A stretch of 63,666 nucleotides of DNA, taken from positions 1 through 63,666 of the forward strand of contig CAMPCJ010000002.1 of the NCBI GenBank assembly GCA_946645685.1. Direction: 5' to 3'. Positions 27,849 through 35,483 of the stretch are shown here, piece after piece. The notes below the pieces were generated by a model, which saw only the letters and a program-made list of their open reading frames with translations, ran no database searches and had not been told where the DNA came from. The stretch is from an uncultured Clostridia bacterium. Lineage in GTDB: Bacteria > Bacillota > Clostridia > Oscillospirales > SIG627. Made by a program: the position numbers and the translations under genes. Every line of letters begins with the position of its first letter. The stretch's first letter is position 1.

Positions 27849-28550
27849 ATGAAGATCTGTATGAAGGGGGCGGCACGCACGGGCAGAGCAGAGATCAAAT
27901 ATCTGATTCCGAGGGAGGTGTCCCGTCTGGTATACGCCAGGCTATCTGCCATTCTTCCTTTTGATAAACACGCCTCCTCCGACGGCTCTTATCATATCCG
28001 AAGTCTGTATTTTGACGATGGATTGTATCGCGCCTATTTTGACAAAGAAGCGGGACTGAATGAACGTAAAAAATTCAGGATCCGTTATTATAATCAAGAT
28101 CCATCTTATATACGTTTGGAAGAAAAGGGAAAAACTGGTTCAATCTGTTATAAAAAAGGGACGGTCATTTCCAAAGCTCAAGCCGATGGGATCGTGATGC
28201 AAAGAGATCTGCTTCCGCCTTATCGGAATGAATTGGAGGAGGATTTTTCCCGCAAGATCCGAACTTTTGCTCTATTTCCCGTTCTCTTTACGGAATATAC
28301 CCGTACCACGTTTTGCCATCCCGTCGGCGATCTCAGGATCACCTTGGATCAGCGCGTTTCCTGCGCACGCTTTCAAAACGACCTTTGGCAAACCGGCGGG
28401 ATGATCCCCGTTATCCCTTTGGATCAAGAAGTATTGGAGATCAAATACAGCGCTTATTTCCCCCATCATATCATGCGCCTTCTGGATGATATACCGAAAG
28501 TCCCTTGCGCCGTTTCGAAGTATTGTTTGAGCTGCAAAGCGCTGTTTTAA
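27849..28550 (+). CDS. VTC-domain (polyphosphate-polymerase-like) protein
   Basis: RAEIKYLIPREV...YHIRSLYFDD...KFRIRYY...IRLEEKGK...EIKY follows the VTC/CYTH-like tunnel pattern. The start is 27849 or 27861. The 27651 start lies antisense to the lipoprotein gene and was rejected. Confidence 0.7.
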   Translation: MKICMKGAARTGRAEIKYLIPREVSRLVYARLSAILPFDKHASSDGSYHIRSLYFDDGLYRAYFDKEAGLNERKKFRIRYYNQDPSYIRLEEKGKTGSICYKKGTVISKAQADGIVMQRDLLPPYRNELEEDFSRKIRTFALFPVLFTEYTRTTFCHPVGDLRITLDQRVSCARFQNDLWQTGGMIPVIPLDQEVLEIKYSAYFPHHIMRLLDDIPKVPCAVSKYCLSCKALF

Positions 28551-28562
28551 GGAGTAAAGAAT

Positions 28563-29240
28563 ATGCAGAATGTATTGGATTTCTTTCGGACAACGTTTTT
28601 GACGGAGTTTGAATCCGCGATGACCGGGGATCGGATCGCCTCCGGCTTGTTGGTGTCTTTTTTTCTGACTCTGTTTGCGATCCTGGTCTATCGGGTCACC
28701 TATCAAGGCACGTCGTTCAGCAAGAGTTTTTGTTTTTCCTTGATCCTTCTTTCGATGGTGACGAGTGTTGTGATCATGACGGTCACAAGCAACCTGGCTC
28801 TTTCCCTGGGTATGGTCGGCGCGCTGTCCATCATCCGCTTCAGAACTGCCGTAAAAGATCCGTCGGATACGATTTTTATGTTTTGGTCGATCACAATCGG
28901 TATTATGGCGGGCGCGGGGCTGATCTATATTTCCTTGATCACCAATATCGCACTCGGAGCATTGTATATGCTCGTGTTTCTGATCGCCAAAAAAATCCAT
29001 TCCACGCCTTATCTTCTTGTGATTCGTTATAAAAAAAGTGCATCCGAAGCCGTGGAAGACGCTCTTCGTACCATGAAAAAGGTGACAGTTCGATCCCGCA
29101 CGATCCGGAATGATGAGATCGAATTGTGCGTGGAAATAACCATGAAGCCCGAAAATCTTTCGCAAATCGATGAGTTCGCAAAAATCGAAGGTGTGACAGA
29201 CGTTTCAGCCGTCAGCTATCGTGGCGACACGGTTATGTGA
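28563..29240 (+). CDS. DUF4956-family membrane protein (usual partner of bacterial VTC proteins)
   Basis: 225 aa, 4 TM segments, LSIIRFRTAVKDPSDTIFMFWSITIG motif, soluble C-terminal domain. Confidence 0.65.
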   Translation: MQNVLDFFRTTFLTEFESAMTGDRIASGLLVSFFLTLFAILVYRVTYQGTSFSKSFCFSLILLSMVTSVVIMTVTSNLALSLGMVGALSIIRFRTAVKDPSDTIFMFWSITIGIMAGAGLIYISLITNIALGALYMLVFLIAKKIHSTPYLLVIRYKKSASEAVEDALRTMKKVTVRSRTIRNDEIELCVEITMKPENLSQIDEFAKIEGVTDVSAVSYRGDTVM

Positions 29241-29287
29241 AAGAATACCCGCACTTAAGCCTGCCATTTAAATAATAAGATAACGAG

Positions 29288-29331
29288 AAAAAAGGGCTCG
29301 TCAAAATAACACTTTGACGAGTCCCTTTTTT
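29288..29331. terminator. Bidirectional terminator between the DUF4956 gene and the helicase gene
   Basis: AAAAAAGGGCTCGTCAAA...TTTGACGAGTCCCTTTTTT has a 13-bp stem with one bulge, flanked by A and T tracts. Confidence 0.8.
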
Positions 29332-29347
29332 ACGGATCCAAATAGTC

Positions 29348-31537
29348 TTACGTTAAAAGGGCGATGCGCCGCATGGCGTCCGCCGTATCCAGGTTATTAA
29401 GAGCATAGGCGCGAACAAGGAGATCCTGCGGAAGCATGGCGTCAAATTTATCGATGATCGGATATTCCGTTTTGCCGACCAGATCGATCCCATTCAAGAG
29501 TTTCAATTCACCGAATGCCTTCAAAACGCTTTTCGCGTCGGCTTTGTCCGACCGGAATGTGATATAATAACAACCACCGCTCTGAATATCCCGAAGGGAA
29601 AGGGCAGGGGCTAATTTGTGCTGAACGACCCGCTTGATCGCATCAAATCCGCGCGTTCCAAGCCACGGAAAGAATACGAAGCTGGACCCGCCGAGTGACA
29701 GGATACTCGTTTGGGTCATACCGGTATTCGCCGCTAAACGACGCGCTTTGACAAGCCGTTCTTTTGCCTTGGGAAGCAAATATGGATACTCTTCTTCGCT
29801 ATCAAGGACCTCTCTCATTTTTTCAAGGATGCGTGTATGAATGGCGCCTTGAGATCCCGGCCAGGAGATCTTCATCTTTCCATCCACACTTTTCGCATAG
29901 ACCAGCCTTCGCGGAACGTCGATCTCTTCCACTTCCCATACTCTGCCTGCAAGGGCAAAGCGTTCCCCGACGGGAGGCGTCGCGGATATGGTTCCGATCT
30001 CCTCGGAGCCGCTTCTTACCGTAAAATCCTCGCTGTCTTTGAAAACGGCGTAAAACTTGAAGCTGGAGAGAAGACGTTCTCCTTTGACGCCGATCATCAC
30101 TTCGTTTCGGTCGGTCTTTTCCAGATATTCCCGGCGGATCATATGGATCAGCAATTCTTTATAATCTGTGCTTTCCACATAGCGAAAGGGCGGGAACGAC
30201 AAAATCTCACGAGCAAGAGCAGCGGGGGAAAGACTTCCGTGAGAAGCGACGAGGGAAAGCGTTTGGTGAAACAATAAACTGGCGGGCAGAGCTTTGATAT
30301 TGGCAGGCTCGATCCATCGTTCTTTTCGATATAATTCAATAATGGCGATCGCCTGAACGAGTTCCCAGGGGATCACTTGATATAAGGGCGCGTTAGGAAG
30401 CGCTTCTTCTTCCCGGAACACCATAACCATTTCCGGACTTTCGCCGCGCCTGCCGCTTCTTCCGATCCTTTGCAGAAACCCCGAAACGGAAGTCGGACTG
30501 CCTTGATTGATGATGCGTTTCAATCTGCCCACGTCGATCCCAAGCTCTAAGGTGACCGTGGCGCAGGTGGTGACCGGGCGTGAATCATTTTTCAATTTAT
30601 CTTCCGCATCCTCCCGAATGGAAGCGGAAAGATTTCCGTGATGGATCAGAAAGCGGTCGTCTTCATGCAAACGTTTGGCGAGAAGACGCAGGGAAGCGGT
30701 GACCTCCTCTGTTTCCTCCCGTGAATTGGAGAACACGATGCATTTGTCGCCTTTGGTCGCACGGTAAATGAATTCCGTTGCCGGATCGATCCCTTTCACA
30801 CCGGAAGGCTCGGTGGTATAAAAATGCGCAACGCCTAATTTCCAGCCTACATTGCCCGCGGGAAGCTGAATAGGATCCGTAACGCGCTCCGATCCCGCTC
30901 CAAACCATTCGGACGCGCTTTTACAATCGCCGATGGTCGCGGACAGGGCGATCCGCCTCGGCTGCCTGCCGATCAAGCGCGCAATTCTCTGCAGCTGACA
31001 TAATACCTGCGACCCGCGATCGGATCCCATCAAAGCGTGGATCTCGTCGACGATGACGAATTGTAACTGTCCAAATAAGCGGGGGATATCGTTGGAACGG
31101 CGCACCAGCATACTTTCCAAAGATTCCGGCGTGATTTGCAGCAATCCGGCCGGATTTTTTAAAAAAGCGTTTTTATGGCTTTGAGACGCGTCTCCATGCC
31201 ATTTCGTCACCGGGATGCCGGATTCCGCCAATAATTCTTCCATACGCGTAAATTGATCGTTGATCAGCGCTTTCAAGGGAGAAATGTAAAGCGTCAGACA
31301 GTTTTCAGCGCCCATTTCATCGGTAATGGATAGAATGGGAAACATTGCCGCCTCAGTTTTCCCGGAAGCAGTTTCAGAGGATATGAGAAGATTATGATCC
31401 GTGTGAAACAAAATATCGGCGGCTTCCACCTGGACGCGTCGCAATTCGTTCCAACCGGATCGATAGATATAATCGCGGATAAAGGGGGAAAAACGAGAAA
31501 ATGTCCTCTTCGCGCGTTCAGTCAGGTCATCCATCAT
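29348..31537 (-). CDS. Lhr-like DExH-box helicase, third gene of the TerB/ATPase/helicase operon (Shango SngC-like)
   Basis: 729 aa. Motif I SETASGKTEAA, motif II VIVDEIHAL, motif III LSATIGD, HHGNLS, motif VI QRIGRSGRR. The C-terminal half resembles Lhr-core WH/beta-barrel (GERFALAGRVWEVEEID). ATGA overlap with the upstream ATPase gene. Confidence 0.8.
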   Translation of the reverse strand: MMDDLTERAKRTFSRFSPFIRDYIYRSGWNELRRVQVEAADILFHTDHNLLISSETASGKTEAAMFPILSITDEMGAENCLTLYISPLKALINDQFTRMEELLAESGIPVTKWHGDASQSHKNAFLKNPAGLLQITPESLESMLVRRSNDIPRLFGQLQFVIVDEIHALMGSDRGSQVLCQLQRIARLIGRQPRRIALSATIGDCKSASEWFGAGSERVTDPIQLPAGNVGWKLGVAHFYTTEPSGVKGIDPATEFIYRATKGDKCIVFSNSREETEEVTASLRLLAKRLHEDDRFLIHHGNLSASIREDAEDKLKNDSRPVTTCATVTLELGIDVGRLKRIINQGSPTSVSGFLQRIGRSGRRGESPEMVMVFREEEALPNAPLYQVIPWELVQAIAIIELYRKERWIEPANIKALPASLLFHQTLSLVASHGSLSPAALAREILSFPPFRYVESTDYKELLIHMIRREYLEKTDRNEVMIGVKGERLLSSFKFYAVFKDSEDFTVRSGSEEIGTISATPPVGERFALAGRVWEVEEIDVPRRLVYAKSVDGKMKISWPGSQGAIHTRILEKMREVLDSEEEYPYLLPKAKERLVKARRLAANTGMTQTSILSLGGSSFVFFPWLGTRGFDAIKRVVQHKLAPALSLRDIQSGGCYYITFRSDKADAKSVLKAFGELKLLNGIDLVGKTEYPIIDKFDAMLPQDLLVRAYALNNLDTADAMRRIALLT

Positions 31538-32868
31538 AAATCGATCTCACTTAAATCAAACAATTCATCAAATTCGTCGTCTTTTTGTTGAAGCGGCTTT
31601 TCCTCTGGCTCAGACTCAAGTAATTTCTCAAAGCTCGCTTCCGGATCGGAATAGGTAACGTCCAAAAGATTGATAAAATCTCTGGTGATCTCGCGGGGGG
31701 TGATCATTTCCTGCGCGCCCACTCTCCCCAGCGAAACTTTTAAAAACAGAGCAATCTCATCGTCGGTGACTCGGATCTCATATCGATAGTAGGAACTGTG
31801 CAAAAGAGCGAGGCGTTTGCATAGGGCAAATAATTCGTTATCGGTCAATCGAACAAGGCGGATCAAGGGCGATAACAGATTTTGATTCTCATAAGAAATA
31901 AATCTGCCGGGTGCCAATCTGCTCTTTAAGGCTTCATAACTGAACAAGCCACGGCGCGGATCCTCCACCATCTGTGGGGTCGCTCCCATGATCACGCCGA
32001 GACCTTCCGCTTTCCCCTGCATGGTATCATTAAAGATGGAAAGGATCTTTTCGTAATTATTCTCCCGGGAAACACGGTTCGGGATCTTATACAGGTTGAC
32101 CAATTCATCAAATAGGATCAAGAATCCGCTGTACCCGATGGCACGAAAAAATACGGCGTATAATTTCAAAAATTCAAACCAGTTTTGATCACTGATCACT
32201 GAATTCAGTTTTACTCTGGAATTCCTTGCCTGAACTTTACCTTCAAATTCTCCCCTCAACCAGCGAAGCGCGTCCTCTCGCAGCTCGTCGTCACCGGAAA
32301 CTGTTCCTTCATAAAAGCAGTGAAGCGCTTTTGCAAAATCAAACCCGCCTGCGTAGGAGCGGCACAGGTCAGACACGGCAAAGATTTGCCGCGTCACATA
32401 AGAGGTCAGTTCTTTTGTTTCCGGCGCAATGCCCTCCCGGGTAATTCCCTCGGTTTGTAATCCGTTGAACCAGTTTTCCAGAATAGAAGACAAGGCGTTT
32501 CCGTCCGGCATGGCTTTGGTCGAAAGATGCTGCATCAAATCGCGAAAAGTGCCAAGACCTTGTCCGTGAGTCCCTTGAAATCGTCTTTCGGGAGTCAGAT
32601 CGGTATCCGCCGTGACAAATCCCCGCTCCTGCGCATTTCCTCTGATCAAGCCCATTAAAAAGCTCTTGCCGCTCCCGTATTTACCGACGATCAATCGGAA
32701 AGCGCCCATACCTTCTTTGATGTTATCCAGATCGCGGGTAAGCGCGGCGATCTCCTTTTCTCTGCCGATGGCAATATACTCGAGCCCATGACGGGGAACA
32801 ACGCCGGAGCCGGCGCTGTTGAGCAGATTTCCCAGAATTCGCTTGGGTACCTTTATTGCATCTTTCAT
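31534..32868 (-). CDS. DUF2791 / BrxC-BrxD-like P-loop ATPase (Shango SngB-like)
   Basis: 444 aa. N-terminal GREKEIAALTRDLDNI, then Walker A VGKYGSGKSF, Walker B FLILFDELVNL, acidic tail. GGAAGGAG RBS lies inside the 3' end of the upstream gene. Confidence 0.75.
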   Translation of the reverse strand: MKDAIKVPKRILGNLLNSAGSGVVPRHGLEYIAIGREKEIAALTRDLDNIKEGMGAFRLIVGKYGSGKSFLMGLIRGNAQERGFVTADTDLTPERRFQGTHGQGLGTFRDLMQHLSTKAMPDGNALSSILENWFNGLQTEGITREGIAPETKELTSYVTRQIFAVSDLCRSYAGGFDFAKALHCFYEGTVSGDDELREDALRWLRGEFEGKVQARNSRVKLNSVISDQNWFEFLKLYAVFFRAIGYSGFLILFDELVNLYKIPNRVSRENNYEKILSIFNDTMQGKAEGLGVIMGATPQMVEDPRRGLFSYEALKSRLAPGRFISYENQNLLSPLIRLVRLTDNELFALCKRLALLHSSYYRYEIRVTDDEIALFLKVSLGRVGAQEMITPREITRDFINLLDVTYSDPEASFEKLLESEPEEKPLQQKDDEFDELFDLSEIDL

Positions 32869-32871
32869 CGT

Positions 32872-34458
32872 TTACACTCCTTCCCGAGGCGGAAAGACTT
32901 CCTTTAATTCACTTGTGTAGTCATCGTAAACACTGCCCGCAGCATCCAGCACGGCGTCTCCGGTCGTTTCAACGGCTTTTTCATTTAAAGAGGCAACGAA
33001 GGCGTCAAAAAACTGACCGATCGACCTGACGTATAAACGCGCTTCATCCGCTCCTTGGTAAAGGATGACGGACATGAACAGATCTTCCTGGTCGGACAGG
33101 GAAGCGGCAAACTCCAGGAAGGGGTTCTCTTTGCTCTCGATTTGAGAAGGTTGATTGTCACCGATTGCTTTTTTTATATCAACGTCGTATCGGCGATCAA
33201 AATCCTCATCGACTGTTTCCCCGATGGAGATCCAATCTCCCTTGTCCTGATAGATCTCCGTAAGCTTTTGCGTGATCGCCCAGGAATTCTCTTCGATCTC
33301 TCCGGCTTTCTGAGGATCGAAAACGAGAGCACGCGGCGGATCCGGCTTTTCTTCTCGAACAGGTGCCGCCACGTTTTTGATCGGCTCGAAAGCCTCAAAC
33401 GGCTTTAATACTTCATCCAGAAAAGATTTATGAACGGGCGTGACTGCAACCTGGCTCAGCCGGTTTTTCAAATGCAGAATAGATCGAATGCGATTGTCCA
33501 CGTAACGGACAACGGCGTCCAGCCGATCCCGGATCACGTCATTGCCGAGTAACGGAACGTATACCAAACAAATCTCAACCTGCGGCGCGTACTCACGGGG
33601 TAAATCGGAAAACAAGGGACGTATGGAACGAAGCTGCGCGGGGATCTGCAAATCAAACAAGCAAGCGTTTGTTTCCTTCTTGTTATAAATACCGGCTTTT
33701 ACGGCTTTTTGAAGCGCCTCTTCACACATTGCGGCATATTGCTTGTTCAATTTGTACGCCCGGCTTTTTCGGAAGGATAGGGAAGTGGTATTCCGTAAAA
33801 TAAATTCCGCTTCATCCTTTGTCAAAGGCTTTTCGTCGGCAAATAAATAATCAAACAAATAAGTCTGATACAGGAAAGGATGGACAGGCGACGTACCGCG
33901 GCAAAGGAAAGGAGAGAGTTTTTCATAATCCGGCTTTGTTTTTCGAAGAAAGCACCAATCGCTGTAAACGTCGCAAAAGAGCTTTTCCGCAGCGGGAAAA
34001 TCCGTACGATAAAGATCCCACAGATCAAAAAACAAATCAGGAATGGGATCCTTCCCAGCTTCCGCAAGGATGAAACAAACGGCAAGCTTGATGTATGCAA
34101 AAGATGCCTGCGGCTTCTTGTTTTCTTTTATCTGTTCGAGAAAATAAATGAAATACGAACGCTGATCGGGAGAAAGGGTCAAATAGGTCGGCATATACAG
34201 GTCGCACGGGACGAATTTTGTTTCCCCGGCGGCGGGAAGCGAGGGGAAAACGAAGGATTCTCTTCCCGAATGCAGCGCGTAATGACAGATCACACGGCTG
34301 CAAGTCGGATAATGGATCTCGCCAAAACGGTTTTCTCTCTGATTGGCGCCTTCGGAAAGAAGAGACAATTTGGCGCCTTGATTAGCAGCGGTTTGGAAAG
34401 ATGAAACGCGCACGCGAGGTAAAAGCTTATCTACAGACCAGTATTCATCCTTTTCCAC
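32872..34458 (-). CDS. TerB-N / TerB-C domain protein (Shango SngA-like)
   Basis: TerB-N-like block FVPCDLYMPTYLTLSPDQRSYFIYFLEQIKENKKPQASFAYIKLAVCFILAE. TerB-C-like tail FMSVILYQ...FFDAFVASLNEKAVETTGDAVLD. A GTG start at 34458 has AGGAGG 8 nt upstream. The track start 34467 abuts the RBS. Confidence 0.7.
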   Translation of the reverse strand: MEKDEYWSVDKLLPRVRVSSFQTAANQGAKLSLLSEGANQRENRFGEIHYPTCSRVICHYALHSGRESFVFPSLPAAGETKFVPCDLYMPTYLTLSPDQRSYFIYFLEQIKENKKPQASFAYIKLAVCFILAEAGKDPIPDLFFDLWDLYRTDFPAAEKLFCDVYSDWCFLRKTKPDYEKLSPFLCRGTSPVHPFLYQTYLFDYLFADEKPLTKDEAEFILRNTTSLSFRKSRAYKLNKQYAAMCEEALQKAVKAGIYNKKETNACLFDLQIPAQLRSIRPLFSDLPREYAPQVEICLVYVPLLGNDVIRDRLDAVVRYVDNRIRSILHLKNRLSQVAVTPVHKSFLDEVLKPFEAFEPIKNVAAPVREEKPDPPRALVFDPQKAGEIEENSWAITQKLTEIYQDKGDWISIGETVDEDFDRRYDVDIKKAIGDNQPSQIESKENPFLEFAASLSDQEDLFMSVILYQGADEARLYVRSIGQFFDAFVASLNEKAVETTGDAVLDAAGSVYDDYTSELKEVFPPREGV

Positions 34459-34491
34459 ACGTTTCACCTCCTACTTTTTATCTTTCCCATT

Positions 34492-34521
34492 ATTATATCA
34501 CCTCCAACAGATGATTGGCAA
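34492..34521 (-). promoter_or_regulatory. Sigma-A type promoter (extended -10) for the three-gene operon
   Basis: On the minus strand: TTGCCA (34521-34516), 18-nt spacer, TGaTATAAT (-10 at 34497-34492). Confidence 0.55.
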
Positions 34522-34573
34522 GAAAAACACGGGATTTTATACCGAAAGAATCGTGCTTTTTTGAAAAATGTGC

Positions 34574-34602
34574 TTGACAAACCCATTCATCTATGATAGG
34601 AT
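34574..34602 (+). promoter_or_regulatory. Sigma-A type promoter for the tRNA-Thr/tRNA-Tyr pair
   Basis: TTGACA (34574-34579), 17-nt spacer, TGaTAGGAT (-10 at 34597-34602), 22 nt before the tRNA 5' end. Confidence 0.55.
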
Positions 34603-34624
34603 AAATCCCGCCGCCAGGAGTTAC

Positions 34625-34700
34625 GCTGGTGTAGCTCAATTGGCAGAGCAGCTGATTTGTAATCAGCAGGTTGGGGGTTCGATTCCCTTCACCAGCTCCA
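34625..34700 (+). tRNA. tRNA-Thr (anticodon UGU), CCA encoded
   Basis: Acceptor GCTGGTG/CACCAGC. D arm TAGCTCAATTGGCAGAGCA. Anticodon arm GCTGA-TTTGTAA-TCAGC. T arm GGGGG-TTCGATT-CCCTT. 76 nt. Close to the B. subtilis tRNA-Thr(UGU) layout. Confidence 0.9.
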
Positions 34701-34718
34701 GGCACTGAATACTTATAT

Positions 34719-34803
34719 GGGGGAATTCCCGAGCGGCCAAAGGGGGCAGACTGTAAATCTGTTGTCACTGACTTCGGTGGTCCGAATCCACCTTCCCCCA
34801 CCA
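34719..34803 (+). tRNA. tRNA-Tyr (anticodon GUA), type II long variable arm, CCA encoded
   Basis: Acceptor GGGGGAA/TTCCCCC. CCCGAGCGGCCAAAGGG D arm. GCAGA-CTGTAAA-TCTGT anticodon arm. Variable arm TGTCACTGACTTC. T arm GGTGG-TCCGAAT-CCACC. Collinear with E. coli tRNA-Tyr. Confidence 0.88.
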
Positions 34804-34804
34804 G

Positions 34805-34833
34805 AAAACCCGATGCGCAAGCATCGGGTTTTC
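34805..34833 (+). terminator. Rho-independent terminator after the tRNA pair
   Basis: AAAACCCGATGC-GCAA-GCATCGGGTTTT, a 12-bp stem whose 3' arm ends in the T-tract. Confidence 0.85.
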
Positions 34834-34914
34834 AAATAAGTGTACAGCAAAACGATAAAAGTGGAAAGCGAAGAAGACGCATAAAGGCTTTTGCCATATC
34901 GGGAGATTTTGCAT

Positions 34915-35328
34915 ATGATCATATTAGGAATAGATTTCGGCGACAAACGAATGGGGCTTGCCGTGTGTGATGAAAAACAGACGATGGCTGTCAGCATTCG
35001 CACGGAACAAGTTCGCGGCGCAAAGGATGCTGCTGAAAAAGCGGCGAAATGCGCCGAAGAGCGAAACGCAGCCAAGATCGTCGTGGGAATGCCGGAAAGA
35101 GCGGACGGTTACAAAGGGGAAAGATGTGAGAAAACAGAGTTTTTTCTTTCTTTTCTCAGAGAACTTGTCTCCATTCCCGTGGAAACGTTTGATGAAAGGT
35201 TCACAACCGTTGAAGCCCATGACCTGCTGTATGAAGCAGGTAAGAAAGGGAGGAGCCACGTAAGCATTGTTGACGCGCTTTCCGCTCAGTTGATCCTTCA
35301 GGGATACCTGGATCAGCACAAGCAATAG
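34915..35328 (+). CDS. ruvX: Holliday junction resolvase-like RuvX (YqgF)
   Basis: MIILGIDFGDKRMGLAVCD...VVGMP...DERFTTVEA. Confidence 0.85.
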   Translation: MIILGIDFGDKRMGLAVCDEKQTMAVSIRTEQVRGAKDAAEKAAKCAEERNAAKIVVGMPERADGYKGERCEKTEFFLSFLRELVSIPVETFDERFTTVEAHDLLYEAGKKGRSHVSIVDALSAQLILQGYLDQHKQ

Positions 35329-35383
35329 AGCTTGCACAAAAAAGTATAATCTTTATCTAAAATCGTACATAATTGATAAAAAA

Positions 35384-35428
35384 ACGGATCAAAGCTTGGC
35401 CATTATGCGAATTGAATCCGTTTTTTTG
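35384..35428 (+). terminator. Putative terminator after ruvX
   Basis: The ACGGAT...ATCCGT stem extends with CAA/TTG and is followed by TTTTTTT. The loop is large. It overlaps the -35 of the glmS promoter. Confidence 0.4.
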
Positions 35429-35440
35429 TTTTGCTATAAT
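35412..35440 (+). promoter_or_regulatory. Sigma-A type promoter (extended -10) for glmS
   Basis: TTGAAT (35412-35417), 17-nt spacer, TGcTATAAT (-10 at 35435-35440). Confidence 0.6.
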
Positions 35441-35483
35441 GACAAAGGTAAACAGAAAGACTTGTCTGATCAAAGGAGATATT

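Noticed and set aside
29348-31537. The helicase as an ordinary stand-alone Lhr DNA-repair helicase.
   Set aside because: It overlaps by 4 nt the DUF2791-type ATPase gene and shares one promoter and terminator with the TerB-N/TerB-C gene. It is also much shorter than full-length Lhr. The operon context argues for a dedicated system component.
34493-35075. ORFs of 99-120 aa (34493-34801 minus, 34671-34970 plus, 34713-35075 minus) spanning the tRNA region.
   Set aside because: They run through two well-folded tRNA genes, their promoter and their terminator, so they are spurious.
35329-35483. Possible glmS ribozyme in the glmS leader.
   Set aside because: The leader from the predicted start site is only about 40 nt. 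The 155-nt intergenic region contains a terminator and a promoter but none of the conserved glmS ribozyme core sequence.
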